From the NCBI GenBank assembly GCA_963847445.1, contig CAWJZV010000006.1, positions 1 through 64,000 of the forward strand: DNA of 64,000 nt, given 5' to 3'. A program made the translations under genes and the position numbers. The notes below the pieces were generated by a model. That model was not told where the DNA came from. It worked only from the letters and a program-made list of their open reading frames with translations, and did not search any database. Shown here piece after piece: positions 9,568 through 21,059 of the stretch. The stretch comes from an uncultured delta proteobacterium (lineage in GTDB: Bacteria; Desulfobacterota; Binatia; UBA9968). How positions within the stretch are numbered: the stretch's first letter is position 1; each line of letters opens with the position of its first letter.

Positions 9568-10959
9568 ATGGCATCCAGTTTCGATCGAAGTAACCAAGAT
9601 CGTCCGGATATTAACGCCCGAGCGGAACGATCGATGATTCGAACTCAAAAAGCCGCTGAACAGCTAATCGCCCTGGCTGAGCACCTGGTTGAAAGGCGGT
9701 CAGCCATTTTGCAAGCCTGGCGCGAGGCCGTGCAGGCCGATCCGGAATTGACCGTCGTTACTGCGCTTCCGCGCGCGCAGTTCAACGACCACATCCCCCA
9801 AGTGTTAGACTCGTTCGAGCGCAAGTTGCGCCTGTGGAGCCGCCAGGAGAGCGCCGCAGCGCAAGAGCAGCGAAGAGAGGACTCTGCCACCCACGGCTTG
9901 CAGCGCTGGCAGCAGGGCTACCGCTTGCGCGAAGTGACCCGTGAATGGGGTCATTTGCAGTTGTGCTTGGTGACCGAGTTGGAAAATTACACGGCCGCGG
10001 AGACCGAGCTGGAGCCGGGCGTGAGGGCGACCGCAATACTGGCGGTGACGGAACTGTGCAACGAAGGCATCGGCGAAAGCACGACGCGCTACTTTCAGCT
10101 GCAGCAACTCGAGGCCGAGGGGGAAGTCCGCGACCTGCAAGAAACACTGAAAGAAGTCATAGAACTGGACCGCCGTCGCACGGAACTGTTCCAACAGGCC
10201 GCTCATGACCTGCGCGGCAATGTCGGCGTGGTTCGGAACGTCACCTCGGGGCTGACCGAGAATGACATCCCGGAAACAATGCGGGATGAGTTTCTTCGGC
10301 TCCTGCAAAAAAGCGTGTCGTCGCTGCATTCGATGTTGGACGAGGTGCTCGATCTGGCACGCCTGCAAGCCGGCCACGAGGTGCGCGAAGTGAAGCCGTG
10401 CGACGTGGCCGCGCTGTTGAGGGACTTGTGTGATAATTTGCAGCCCCTTGCGACTGACCGTGGCTTATTTTTGCAGGCGGAGGGGCCGGCCACGCTATTG
10501 GTCGAGGGGGATGCCGTTAAGATCCGGCGCATAGCTCAGAACTTGCTGCTCAATGGCTTGAAATACACTCGATCGGGCGGCGTGAACGTGGCATGGGGAG
10601 ACAGCCGTGACAATGATGCCAAACGCTGGATGCTGTTTGTCCAAGACACCGGCCCGGGCTTCAATGCCGGAGTGAACTCTCCAGTGGGGGAGGCATTGAA
10701 AGACGCCACCGCAGAGTCACAGCAGATCGATGAAAAATCTTCCCAAGGCGACCACGACCCCGCCCGTGCCGAACCCAGCGCGCCGGTTGCTGCCGTGCCG
10801 GACCGCCGGCCAGCCCACCAGGAGCACGGTGAGGGCATCGGCCTGTCGATCGTCAAACGGCTGTGCGATCTGCTCGACGCGAGTATGGAACTGGAGTCCA
10901 ATGCCGGCGCAGGCACGACCTGGCGAGTCATGTTCCCGCGCCATTACGATGTCGCGTAA
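9568..10959 (+). CDS. soluble sensor histidine kinase with RsbRD_N-like N-terminal domain
   Basis: H-box AAHDLRG, N-box QNLLLNGLKYT, DTGPG, GEGIGL; N-terminal IL.AW...H..QRWQQGY.L.EV.RE helical domain; start uncertain (9514/9568/9634). Confidence 0.88.
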   Translation: MASSFDRSNQDRPDINARAERSMIRTQKAAEQLIALAEHLVERRSAILQAWREAVQADPELTVVTALPRAQFNDHIPQVLDSFERKLRLWSRQESAAAQEQRREDSATHGLQRWQQGYRLREVTREWGHLQLCLVTELENYTAAETELEPGVRATAILAVTELCNEGIGESTTRYFQLQQLEAEGEVRDLQETLKEVIELDRRRTELFQQAAHDLRGNVGVVRNVTSGLTENDIPETMRDEFLRLLQKSVSSLHSMLDEVLDLARLQAGHEVREVKPCDVAALLRDLCDNLQPLATDRGLFLQAEGPATLLVEGDAVKIRRIAQNLLLNGLKYTRSGGVNVAWGDSRDNDAKRWMLFVQDTGPGFNAGVNSPVGEALKDATAESQQIDEKSSQGDHDPARAEPSAPVAAVPDRRPAHQEHGEGIGLSIVKRLCDLLDASMELESNAGAGTTWRVMFPRHYDVA

Positions 10960-11028
10960 CTCGACCTTGCTTTATGAAGCGGAAAAGCAACTGCGTTGAT
11001 TCATGAGACCAAGCGTACGTATTAGAAG

Positions 11029-12147
11029 CTATAACGCCGCGCTCTTTGCGCGCACAAGCTCGGGCTTGTCGACCGCCGGCCGCTGTTTTGTTTGTTTAAG
11101 CGACGGTCTTTGGTTTTTCCGCAGATATTGGATTTTCACCGGTCTCCGGCGTTTTGCCGAACGATACAGCGCTTCGATGATGCGCACGTCCGCGATTCCC
11201 TCCTGCCCCGAGGGTTCCGGAGTCCGGTCGTTAAGAATACAGTTGGAGAAATAATCCAACTCGGGGGCAAACTGATCGCGCTTGCGAAAGGTTTGCTTGC
11301 GGCTTTTACCCTTGACCGTGACATAGAGATCGATCGGATAAACGTATTCGTAAGCTTGATCGAGCCGCACATCACCTTTGGTGCCGACGATACGATAGCT
11401 GGCGACGTCGGCTGCCCCGAAACTTGAGGTAAATTCCGCCAATCGACCGTCCGGAAAGCGCAGAAGCGCTCCGGTCATTTCGTCGATTTCTTTGAACCGC
11501 TGGTCCTTCTTGCTCGTGGCGGTGAAAGCAAAAACCTCCGTCGGCTCGGCGCCGAACAGATAGCGCGCCGCATTGATGCAATAAATGCCAATATCGTAGA
11601 GTGTGCCGCCGCCTTTTTCCTTATCCGTGCGAATATTGTCCGGGCGCACCTGCATGGAAAAAGCCGACGTGAAGAAGCGCGGATCACCGAGTTTTCCCGA
11701 GCGGACAATGCGCACGGCCGTCATATTCGCGGCTTCGAAATGCAGCCGATAGGCGATCATCAGCTTGACCCCGGCATGTGCCGCGGCGCGAATCATCGCC
11801 CGGCAGTCTTTCTCGGTGACCGCCATTGGCTTCTCGCACAAAACGTGAATGCCTGCCCGTGCCGCCTCAATGGTGTAGGACGCATGGAGATGATTGGGTA
11901 AAGCAATATAAACCGCATCGACCAAGCCGCTGCGTAGGCAATCGCGATATTGCCGGTAAGAAAAGAGCTGATCGACGTGATAACGCCGCCCAAGTATTTT
12001 TAGTTTTTGCCGATCATCGGACACCAAAGCCGCCAGTTGAGAATTTGCCCGCGCATGGGCGAACGCCGGAAGCACGGCGACTTGGGCGATATGTCCCAGT
12101 CCGACCACGGCGTAGCGGATCCGCCGCCGCTCTTTAGAAATACTCAT
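11029..12147 (-). CDS. Gfo/Idh/MocA oxidoreductase (glucose-fructose oxidoreductase-like)
   Basis: YAVVGLGHIA, VYIALPNHLH, VLCEKPMA, GGGTLYDIGIYCINAARY. Confidence 0.92.
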   Translation of the reverse strand: MSISKERRRIRYAVVGLGHIAQVAVLPAFAHARANSQLAALVSDDRQKLKILGRRYHVDQLFSYRQYRDCLRSGLVDAVYIALPNHLHASYTIEAARAGIHVLCEKPMAVTEKDCRAMIRAAAHAGVKLMIAYRLHFEAANMTAVRIVRSGKLGDPRFFTSAFSMQVRPDNIRTDKEKGGGTLYDIGIYCINAARYLFGAEPTEVFAFTATSKKDQRFKEIDEMTGALLRFPDGRLAEFTSSFGAADVASYRIVGTKGDVRLDQAYEYVYPIDLYVTVKGKSRKQTFRKRDQFAPELDYFSNCILNDRTPEPSGQEGIADVRIIEALYRSAKRRRPVKIQYLRKNQRPSLKQTKQRPAVDKPELVRAKSAAL

Positions 12148-12190
12148 AGTGGTTTTTCCCTGGGTGACGCTGACGTTTTGCGGTCTGCCG

Positions 12191-12697
12191 TCATCTGCTT
12201 CCCCTCCTTGAGCCGCTTTGCGGAAATGCCGCTGGATTGGCTGAGCTCTCGGGATCAAAGTCTGATCGGTCGAGCCGGTTGGGCTCTGCGGCAGATTGAC
12301 TCTGGTAGGTCGCTAGCGCGGCGAAGGAAAAATTCAGGTCGCCCAAAGCTTTTATTGACGTTCCGATATGACTTTTGAGGATTCGGTAAACCAGCCGGCA
12401 AAAAGCCGGATTGTCAAACACCAGAACTCCGACATAACGTTCCGCTTCATGCTCGATGACCAGATAACATTGCGTCGAAACACGGCTATCGCCATTCACT
12501 TGCCGTAAAATTCCGACTTCACCGGATGTGCTTTTATCGCGTCCGGTTCCCGCCTGCGTCCACATCGGCGGCCAGTTCGCCGCTCCACGATACTGCATCT
12601 GCGGATGATCTCGCAGCGCCAAGTAGGCAGCGGCGCGCTTCGATTCAACGGTACGGGTGCGCGTCCGATTGGCGGGCGTCTCTAAGTTAAACTGCAT
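12191..12697 (-). CDS. hypothetical protein (LRDHP.M.YRG..NWPP.WT...GEVGIL motif)
   Basis: 168-aa ORF with globular-looking core, co-oriented with the gfo-like gene; no function recognised. Confidence 0.65.
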   Translation of the reverse strand: MQFNLETPANRTRTRTVESKRAAAYLALRDHPQMQYRGAANWPPMWTQAGTGRDKSTSGEVGILRQVNGDSRVSTQCYLVIEHEAERYVGVLVFDNPAFCRLVYRILKSHIGTSIKALGDLNFSFAALATYQSQSAAEPNRLDRSDFDPESSANPAAFPQSGSRRGSR

Positions 12698-12835
12698 TGG
12701 ATTGTTGTTTGCTTTTGGCAGAAGACTTCTTTCTCGGTTTGTTCCATCAGGGCAAGTGCTGCTTCAATCGCACACTCCGCACTCGATCATTACGGCAACA
12801 CTTAGCCTTATTATTGCCTGGCTAGGATCTCGCGA

Positions 12836-12851
12836 CTCAAAAACTGTGCCA
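12836..12851 (-). promoter_or_regulatory. imperfect sigma54 promoter candidate
   Basis: minus strand TGGCAC-AGTTT-TTGAG (perfect -24, deviant -12), upstream of ORF 12697. Confidence 0.35.
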
Positions 12852-13109
12852 GTTTAGCGGGGCATAAGAGATAAAGAATACCGGCGAAATCTCCGCTGAA
12901 CAGTCCCAACGGTGATACATAAACTACTGTAATCGGTACCGGAGTCGGGACTGGATTATTACTGAACCGGATTCGATCGAGTCCAGTTTCGAAGGGTGAT
13001 TACTCGGTTCAAACAACTGGCTCTACGAAATCAACTTGGACGGCTATCGATGTCTGGCGGGAATGACGACAGCTGCGTGAGCCTGTGATGGCGCACAAGC
13101 TTTAATTCA

Positions 13110-15094
13110 TCAGCGCGGCTCTTTGCCATCGATGATGAGGTGCAGTCGCTGGTGATCGATCGGCTTGACGAGATGATGGTTGAAACCGGCGGCGCGCGAG
13201 CGCTCGCGGTCTTCGTCGCGGCCCCAGCCGGTCTGGGCAATCAATATGGTATTATTAAAGCGTGGCTGGGCGCGAATTTGCCGTGCCAGATCGTGGCCGC
13301 TCATGCCGTTTGGCAGGCCAACATCGATGAGCGCGAGATCAGGAACGAAGTCCTCCAGGATCGCCAGCGCGCTCGGGCCGTCGAGAGCAACTTTGACTTC
13401 GTGGCCGCCATACTCCAGCAGCATGCCCAGCGACTTGGTCTGCACGCGGTTGTCGTCGACCACGAGAATACGTTTTCCAGCGGAGGCGACACTCACGGAG
13501 CTCTCGTTGCCACGATCTTCGACGACTTCTCTCGTTGACCGCGGCGGCGATCGGTAAGCGCACGATGAAATCACTGCCTTTGCCGACACCTTCACTGCGA
13601 GCTTCGACGCTCCCTCCATGCAGCTCAACCAGACCGCGCACCAGAGCGAGACCGACGCCGAGCCCGTCGTGCGAGCGGTTCGAAACCGCGCCGACCTGAG
13701 AGAACAGCTCGAATATCCGCGGCAGATGCTCGGCGGCGATGCCAATACCGCTGTCCTTCACAGAGAGGATCAAAATCTTCTCCGTTTCGACCGCGGCTTT
13801 GATCTCAATGCTGCCGTGGTTCTCGCTGTACCTGCATGCGTTGTTGATCAGGTTCGAAACCACTTGGGCGAGCCGCATGGGGTCGCCCTCGAGATAGACA
13901 TTGCCGGGCGGCAGCGACAGTGAAACTCGGTGGCCCGCGGCGTCCACATGCGGCTGTGAGTTTTGCAGTGCTTGATCGACAATCGATTTGACGGTCACCC
14001 GTTCCTTGCGCAGTTGGATCTTGCCGCTGCTGATGCGGCTGATATCCAAAAGGTCGTCAACCAAGCGCACCATTTGGTTCAGCTGACTCTCGGTGATCCC
14101 ACGCGCGATCTGAAAATCCTCGGCCGTCAGATCGGGTCGCTTGAAAATCTCGACGGCGTTGCGGATCGGCGCCAGGGGATTTCTCAGTTCGTGCGCCAAG
14201 GTCGCGAGAAACTCGTTCTTGCGCTGATCGGCTTTCTTCAACTGCTCGGCGTAGTCGCGCAGCGCGTTGCGCGCCTGTACCTCGGCGGAAATATCGCGGC
14301 TGTAGCACACCACGCCATAGCGGCCGTCCGCCAGAGTAATGCGACTGAGCCGCCATTCGTAATACTCGGTCGTGCCGCGGTCGATGCGGCAGTTCGCCCC
14401 GCTCGGGAGCGATATAGGGATCGCCGGTGTCGAGCGTGTGACGGAAGAGGGCGACCATTTCGTCGGCAAAGCGCTGGTGCCAAACTCTATGGATAACTTC
14501 GTCGAAGTCGCGGCCGATCAAATCGGCAATATCGCCAAAGACCGGCCGCGCCAGCGGATTTACTTCTCTGATGCGAAAGTCAGAGTCGACCAAGTACACG
14601 CCAACAGGCGATTGATTGAGCAAAGTCTCGAACTGCGCATGCCGATGGCTCAGCGCGACCTCCGCCTGCCTGCGCTCGCTAATGTCGCGGGCGATCTTCG
14701 AGGCGCCGACAATGCGGCCGTCGCCGTCTCTGATCGGCGAGATGGTCAGCGAAATATGCAGCTTCGATCCGTCTTTTCGCACCCGGATGGTTTCAAAGTG
14801 ATCGACGCGCTCGCCGCGCTTGAGCTGGTCGAGAATCTTCGGCTCTTCGTCGAGACGATCCGGCGGGATGAGCAGCGTGATCGGACGGCCGATTATTTCG
14901 TCGGCGGTGTAGCCGAACAGCCGCTCGGCGCTCTTGTTCCAACTGGTAATGACGCCATTGAGATCCTTGCTGATGATGGCATCGTCGGAGGAATCGACAA
15001 TCGCATGCAGCAACGCGGCTGAGCGCCAGGCGTCCGGCACGACCGCTGCCTGAAAATCATGTTTACTCTCCGAACGCGGGTCGAAAGAAGACAC
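13110..15094 (-). CDS. PAS-PAS hybrid histidine kinase with C-terminal REC (two frameshifts)
   Basis: AIVDSSDDAIISKDLNG PAS, FLATLAHELRNPL, GLGVGLALV, RILVVDDN...DVGLP across ORFs 14057-15094, 13339-14469, 13110-13745. Confidence 0.9.
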
Positions 15095-15348
15095 GGGCTA
15101 ACCTCCGATGCATACGCGCCCCAGCCGCGGCCGCACCCGGCGGTCGCAGAGAACTTTCGCAATCCATGCCATCCGCATTAATTACAGCTACGCCGTTGTG
15201 CACAAGCAGTGGGTTACCAGCAGTTCGTGACTTGCACAACGGGATAGAAAGAAAAACGCCACGGGATATGCGGCTGGGTTGCCGATCCGTTTTAGAGCGG
15301 TTTAGAAATGACATACGTCGCTTGGTGATTTAGCCGGAGGTTCGATAT

Positions 15349-18300
15349 TCACATGCGCGGCTCTTTGCCGTCGAGAATGCGTTGCAGCCGCTCGTGGTCG
15401 ATCGGCTTGACGAGATGATAGTCGAAACCGGCGGCGCGCGCGCGCTCGCGGTCTTCGTCGCCGCCCCAGCCGGTTTGGGCAATCAATACCGTCTTGTTAA
15501 AGCGCGGCTGCTCGCGCATCTGACGGGCGACATCGTAGCCGCTCACGCCGCGCGGCAAACCGATATCGATGAGCGCGTAGTCGGGAACGAAGTCGGCCAG
15601 CACCGCCAGCGCGCCCGGGCCATCATTGGCGGTTTTGACGTCATGGCCGTCGAGTTCCAGCAGCGTGGACAGCGACGAGGCCTGCATCTTGTTGTCGTCG
15701 ACGATGAGCATTTTTTTACGCTCTCGAGCCGTAGCGGGTGTGGCTTGCGGTTGCGATTTTGCCTCCTGCGGCGCTTGCGTCAGCGGCAGGCGAACGATGA
15801 ATACGCTGCCGCGATCAATACCCTCGCTATGCGCCTGAACGCTGCCGCCGTGCAGATCGACCAGGCTTTGGACCAGCGTGAGGCCGACGCCGAGGCCGCC
15901 GCCCTCGGTGGTCCGCTCTCCCTGGCTGAACATTTCAAATGCTCGCCGCAATAATTCATTAGACATACCCACGCCGTTGTCGCTCACGCTGACGGCGACC
16001 TGGTCGTTTTCTCTTTCCGCGGCAACGCGGATGCTGCCGCCTTCGCGGGTAAATTTAGCGGCATTGATCAGCAGGTTGGCAAACACTTGCTCGAGCCGGG
16101 CGCGGTCGGCCTCCACCCAGAGAGCCTCTTCAGGCAGGGCTATTGCCAGTTTGTGATTTTTTTCGTCGAGGTAGGGTTGGCTGGTTTCGATGGCCTCATG
16201 GATTAGGCCGGCGATTTCGAGCGGCTGCTTGCGTAATTCGAGCCGCTGGCGCGTCAGCCGGCTGACATCGAGCAGGTCCTCCAACATGCGACCCATCTGT
16301 TGCACTTCGCGGCGGATGATATTCAACGGTGTAGCCTGTCTGGGATCGGCGGCGCTATAGTTGCGCAGGATGGCCACCGCATTGCTGATCGGCGCCAACG
16401 GATTGCGCAGCTCATGGGCGAGCAAAGCGACAAATTCATTTTTCTGGCGGTCGGCTACTTTGAGCTCTTCGATGCGCTCCTCCAACGCTGCCGCTGCGGT
16501 TTTGCTATCGGTGATGTCTATGCTGGAACCGACGTAGCCCAAAAATTCGCCGCTATCGGACAGCCGCGGCACGCCGAGGGATTTCATCCAGCGGTACTCG
16601 CCGTCATGACGGCGCAAGCGGAAGTTGGCTTCGAAGGGAGCGCGCTGGGTCATCGCGCCCGCATAGTCGTTGATCAAAGCGTCGTAATCCTCGGGATGGA
16701 CGTAACCCGACCAGATATCGCCGGGCAATTCGGCTTCGCTGCCGGCGCCGACAAATTGCTTGAAGGCTTTGTTGACCGACTCACCGCCGTCCACGCCCTT
16801 GAGCCAGATGATTACCGGCGCGCTGTCGGCGAGCAGGCGGAAACGCGCTTCGCTTTCGCGGATCGCTTCGGCGCTCTTTTTGATATCGTCAATATCGATC
16901 AAAAGAATCACCGCGCCTTCAATCTTTTGATTGGCGGCGCGGTAGGGATGGATGCGCAGGCGATGCCAGCGCCCGTCGGCATCGCGCACTTCGCGCTCGC
17001 GCACTTGCGCCTGATCGATGACTTCGCGGATCAAATCATCGAGGTCGGCGATGTCGAGGTTGGTTTTTAAATCGCTGAGCGGGCGGCCGAGGTCGTTGGG
17101 GCGCAGGTTAATCGACCGGCACGCGGCTTCGGTATAGCGCCGGATGCGCAGGTCGGCACCGACCATAACCATCGGAATGGCCATGCTGGCGAGCAGGTTG
17201 GTCAAATCGTTGTTGACGCTCGTTGAGCTCGAGATTGCGAGTCTGCAGCTGCTCGTTGACCGTCGTCAGTTCTTCATTGGTGGACTGCAGCTCTTCCTTG
17301 GCGGTTTCGAGCTCTTCGTTGGTGCTCTGCAATTCTTCGTTGCTGGAGAGAATCTCTTCGTTGGCCGAGCGCAGCTCTTCGTTGGCGGCGTCTTGCTGTT
17401 CGAGCAGTGACTGCGAATATTCTTTGATCGCGACGAGCTCGCGGCGCAGTTGCCCGACCTCGCTTTCTTCTTCAATCAGAGATGGCTGAGACAGAGGCTG
17501 GCGCGCCTCGCCATGGCTATCCGCGGCCCGATCGGACGCCGGTGTGTCGTTGAACAAAATCAGAAAACAGGTTTCCTGGCTGCCCGGCGGCCGCACCGGC
17601 ACCACTTCGAGATCGATGCTGCGGCTATCGCCGCCATCCCAATTGACCCGCAGGCGCACTCCGTGGCGGCGCACGGAGCGGTGGTGCTTGCGCGCCTCTT
17701 CGATGGCGCTGCGCAGTTCGAGGAATAATCCTTCGCGCGCCATCTTGAGCAAATTGGTGGTGGGCTCGCCGGAAGGCAACTCCAGATATTGCCCGGTGCG
17801 GCCGCGAAACTGGAGGATGTCGAGATTGTCATTGACGAGCACGCCCGGCGGCGCATAGCGGCCGAGCAGAAGCCGGTCGACTTCGCGATTAAAGTCCAGC
17901 GGCGTCGACGCCGGCGCCAGGCTGCGCTTCTCGGTAAAATGACCGATGTCGCGAATATCGTCCGGCGCGAAACGCATAATAGACCGGTTCGCCGTCGCTC
18001 TCTTGGCGTAAATTTTGTTCGTCCGGTCGGTCACCTCGAACAGGTCGACGTTATCGCCGATCGATTCGGAGCTGCCGAGCACGAGAAAGCCGGGCGAATT
18101 GAGGGCGTAATGAAACGTCGGCAAAACGCGCTTTTGCAGCGGCGGCGACAGATAGATCAGCACGTTGCGGCAACTCACCAGATCGACATGGGAAAAGGGC
18201 GGGTCCAAGGTCAGGTTGTGGCGCGCAAAGACGCAGAGATCGCGCAGCGATTTGTCGACTCGGTAGACATGGTTGTCCTTTTGAAAAAAACGTCTCAAGC

Positions 18301-19495
18301 GCTCGGGACTGACCTCGGCTTCGATGCTATCGGGGTAAATGCCGGCGCGCGCTTTGTCGAGGGACGTCGGCTCGCTGATATCGCTGGCGAAAACCTGAAT
18401 CGGCGGCCGGCTCGGTTTATCATCGAAGTACTCGATCAAACTCATGGCGATGGAATAGGCTTCCTGGCCAGTGGAGCAACCCGGAACCCACACGCGGATC
18501 GTCGCTAACGGTGGCTTGCCATTGAAGATCTCCGGATAAACTCGCTCTTTCATGGCATCGAACAAAGCCGGATCGCGAAAAAAACTGGTGACGTTGATTA
18601 AAAGATCGTGATAAAGCGCCTTGACCTCTTCCGGGTCTTTCTCCAGGCGCGGGATATAATCGCCAAGGCTGTTGTGGGTATGCAGCGCCATGCGCCGCAG
18701 AATGCGCCGTTTGATCGTCGTGTCGCGATACAAAGTGAAATCGACGCCGGTGACAGCGCGCACCTGGGTTAATATTTTTCGGTATTGGGTTTCGAAATCC
18801 TCGTCAATAATCGGCGCCGGTGGTTGGGCGACCAGATAGGGGTGGGTGCGAATCCGCGCCAACCGACGGGCGATTTCCTCGGGCTCCAGGATCAAATCGG
18901 CGCAGCCGCTCTCCGCGGCGCTGTGCGGCATGCCGCTAAACTTGGCCGAGCGCTCGTCTTGCGCGAACGTGATGCCGCCCATCGCCTTGATCTCGCAAAC
19001 CCCTTGGGCGCCGTCGGATCCGGTGCCGGATAGAACGATGCCCACGGCATAAGTCTTTTGGTCTACCGCCAGGGAGCGAAAGAAAAAATCGATGGGCAGA
19101 TGGAGCCCGCGGGTCTCGGCGCGCGGCGATATTTGAAGCCTGCCCTCGACGATCGCCAGATTTACATTGGGCGGAATTATATAGACGTGATTGGGCTCGA
19201 CCTTTTGACCTTGGTCCGCTTCGCTGACCGGCATTGGCGTAAAGCGAGTCAATATATCGGCGAGCCGGCTTTCATGATGGGGCTCGAGATGTTGGATCAA
19301 GACGAACCCCATGCCGGTGTCGTCCGGCAGATGCGTGAGCAGTTGCTGATAGGCTTCGAGACCGCCCGCCGATGCGCCGATGCCGACGATCGGGAACGAG
19401 CCGTTGCCGTTATCGGCATCGGTGACCGCGCCTTTGTCGTGCATTTCCGGCACCGGAAATGCCGACTCGGGATCGTTGGGATTACTCGAAGTCAA
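15349..19495 (-). CDS. CheB-CheR-coiled coil-PAS-histidine kinase-REC fusion (one frameshift near 17210)
   Basis: CheB GASAGG/QH/LSGTGSDG, CheR INVTSFFRD/PGCSTGQEAYS/SCRNVLIY, NEELQSTNEEL heptads, PAS domains, LAHELRNPL, REC. Confidence 0.93.
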
Positions 19496-19707
19496 AACCT
19501 GCTCCTTAAGGAAATGTCATGCGTGCATACTGTTGCTTGCCGGAGTGTTGGCACAATTACTTCAGCGACCGAGCTGTGTCAATCAGCACACGCGCAGATG
19601 GCGCGCTGCTTTCCCATAATCCCTAAGTGAAAAAGTCGCGCTTGATAGACTCATTTTTGCATCCCAACAACGGCTCGTAAGGTGACGAAAGTTTAGGCCC
19701 ACTGTTT

Positions 19708-19723
19708 TGGCACGAGCGTTGCT
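19708..19723 (+). promoter_or_regulatory. sigma54 promoter, consensus match
   Basis: TGGCAC-GAGCG-TTGCT, 76 nt upstream of the Cys-rich gene. Confidence 0.75.
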
Positions 19724-19798
19724 CATACTTAAAGATTCAATTCTTAGGCCAAAGTTAGAGCGCTCGCATGGGACACCGCGTCGGAAAGGACTGGCCCA

Positions 19799-20155
19799 AT
19801 GGTTAAACAGCAGGAGAAGGTCGATCACAATTTTGAAGATTGCATCGAAAACTGTGTCGACTGTCACCGGGTATGCTTGGAGACGATCCAGTATTGCCTG
19901 CGCATGGGCGGTAAACATGCCGAGGAAAAGCATATTCGCCTACTAACCGACTGCGCGCAGATTTGCCAAATCAGTGCTGACTTCCTGATGCGCGGCTCGG
20001 AACTGCACCAGGAAACCTGCGCTGCCTGCGCGGAGGTGTGCGGGCGCTGCGCCGATGATTGTGCCGCGCTGGGCGCCGAAGACGAGCAGATGCAAGAGTG
20101 CGCCGAATGGTGCGTGCGCTGTGAGGAGAGCTGTGCCGAGATGGCGGGAGAGTGA
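19799..20155 (+). CDS. Cys-rich four-helix bundle copper-binding protein (DUF326/Csp3/YhjQ-like)
   Basis: 16 Cys, mostly in CxxC/CxxxC spacing along helices (CIENCVDCHRVC, CAACAEVCGRCADDC); no signal peptide. Confidence 0.9.
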   Translation: MVKQQEKVDHNFEDCIENCVDCHRVCLETIQYCLRMGGKHAEEKHIRLLTDCAQICQISADFLMRGSELHQETCAACAEVCGRCADDCAALGAEDEQMQECAEWCVRCEESCAEMAGE

Positions 20156-20330
20156 ATCAATAGTGGGAGATGGCACCGTGCAGTGAGTGAGCTGGAGCTG
20201 CTGTCCGAATTATGGGACAAATCGACTGCCATGTGTCTCGATTTCAACACATTCACTTGCATCGACCCTGCGTAATATGTGACATCGTAGATTTTGACGT
20301 TTACAAAACTACTCTCAGGAGGACAAATCG

Positions 20331-20969
20331 ATGATGAAGCGCTGGATTATTGGCTGTCTGGTTTTTTTTCTTTCTTACTACGGCTCGGCGACAATCGCCC
20401 AAGAAAGTCAGACGGCTAACGAGGACGCCAAGCGGCCGGCCGCGGCCAAGCAATTGCGTTCGCCGGACGTGGTCTATGTGCCGACCCCAGTTGAAGTGGT
20501 CGATGCGATGCTCAAGGTAACCAAAGCGGGCAAGGGCGATGTGTTGTACGACTTAGGCTCGGGGGACGGGCGGATTCCAATCATGGCGGTGGAAAAATAT
20601 GGCGTAGCCCGCGCTACCGGCATCGAGATCAATCCGGAGCGCATCGCCGAGGCGGAAGCCAATCGCGCCAAGACCGGCGTTCGCGACCGCGTGCGATTTC
20701 TCAACGAAGATTTATTCGAAGCGAAAATCAGTGATGCCACGGTGGTGACGTTATATTTGTTAAATACGCTCAATCTCAAGTTGTTGCCCAAGCTGCTGAA
20801 TGATTTGAAGCCGGGCACCCGGGTCGTGTCGCATGCCTTCGATATGGGCAGCTGGAAGCCGCAGCAAACACTGACAATCGATGGACGGTCGGTTTATTTC
20901 TGGACGATTCCGGCGAAGGGCACCCCGGAACACAGCGCGGCGCTGGCCGCGGCGGCTGCAAGCCGTTAG
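20331..20969 (+). CDS. class I SAM-dependent methyltransferase with N-terminal signal-like peptide
   Basis: PDVVYVPTP, LYDLGSGDGRI, ATVVTLYL, GTRVVSHAF; AGGAGG RBS. Confidence 0.9.
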   Translation: MMKRWIIGCLVFFLSYYGSATIAQESQTANEDAKRPAAAKQLRSPDVVYVPTPVEVVDAMLKVTKAGKGDVLYDLGSGDGRIPIMAVEKYGVARATGIEINPERIAEAEANRAKTGVRDRVRFLNEDLFEAKISDATVVTLYLLNTLNLKLLPKLLNDLKPGTRVVSHAFDMGSWKPQQTLTIDGRSVYFWTIPAKGTPEHSAALAAAAASR

Positions 20970-21059
20970 GAAAAGAAGGCTCGCAATGGACGCAAAAAAG
21001 ATTGGCCATGACGTCGGGCGGTTTTAAACCAGCTCGCTGCGATTGCGCTGGAACACGAA

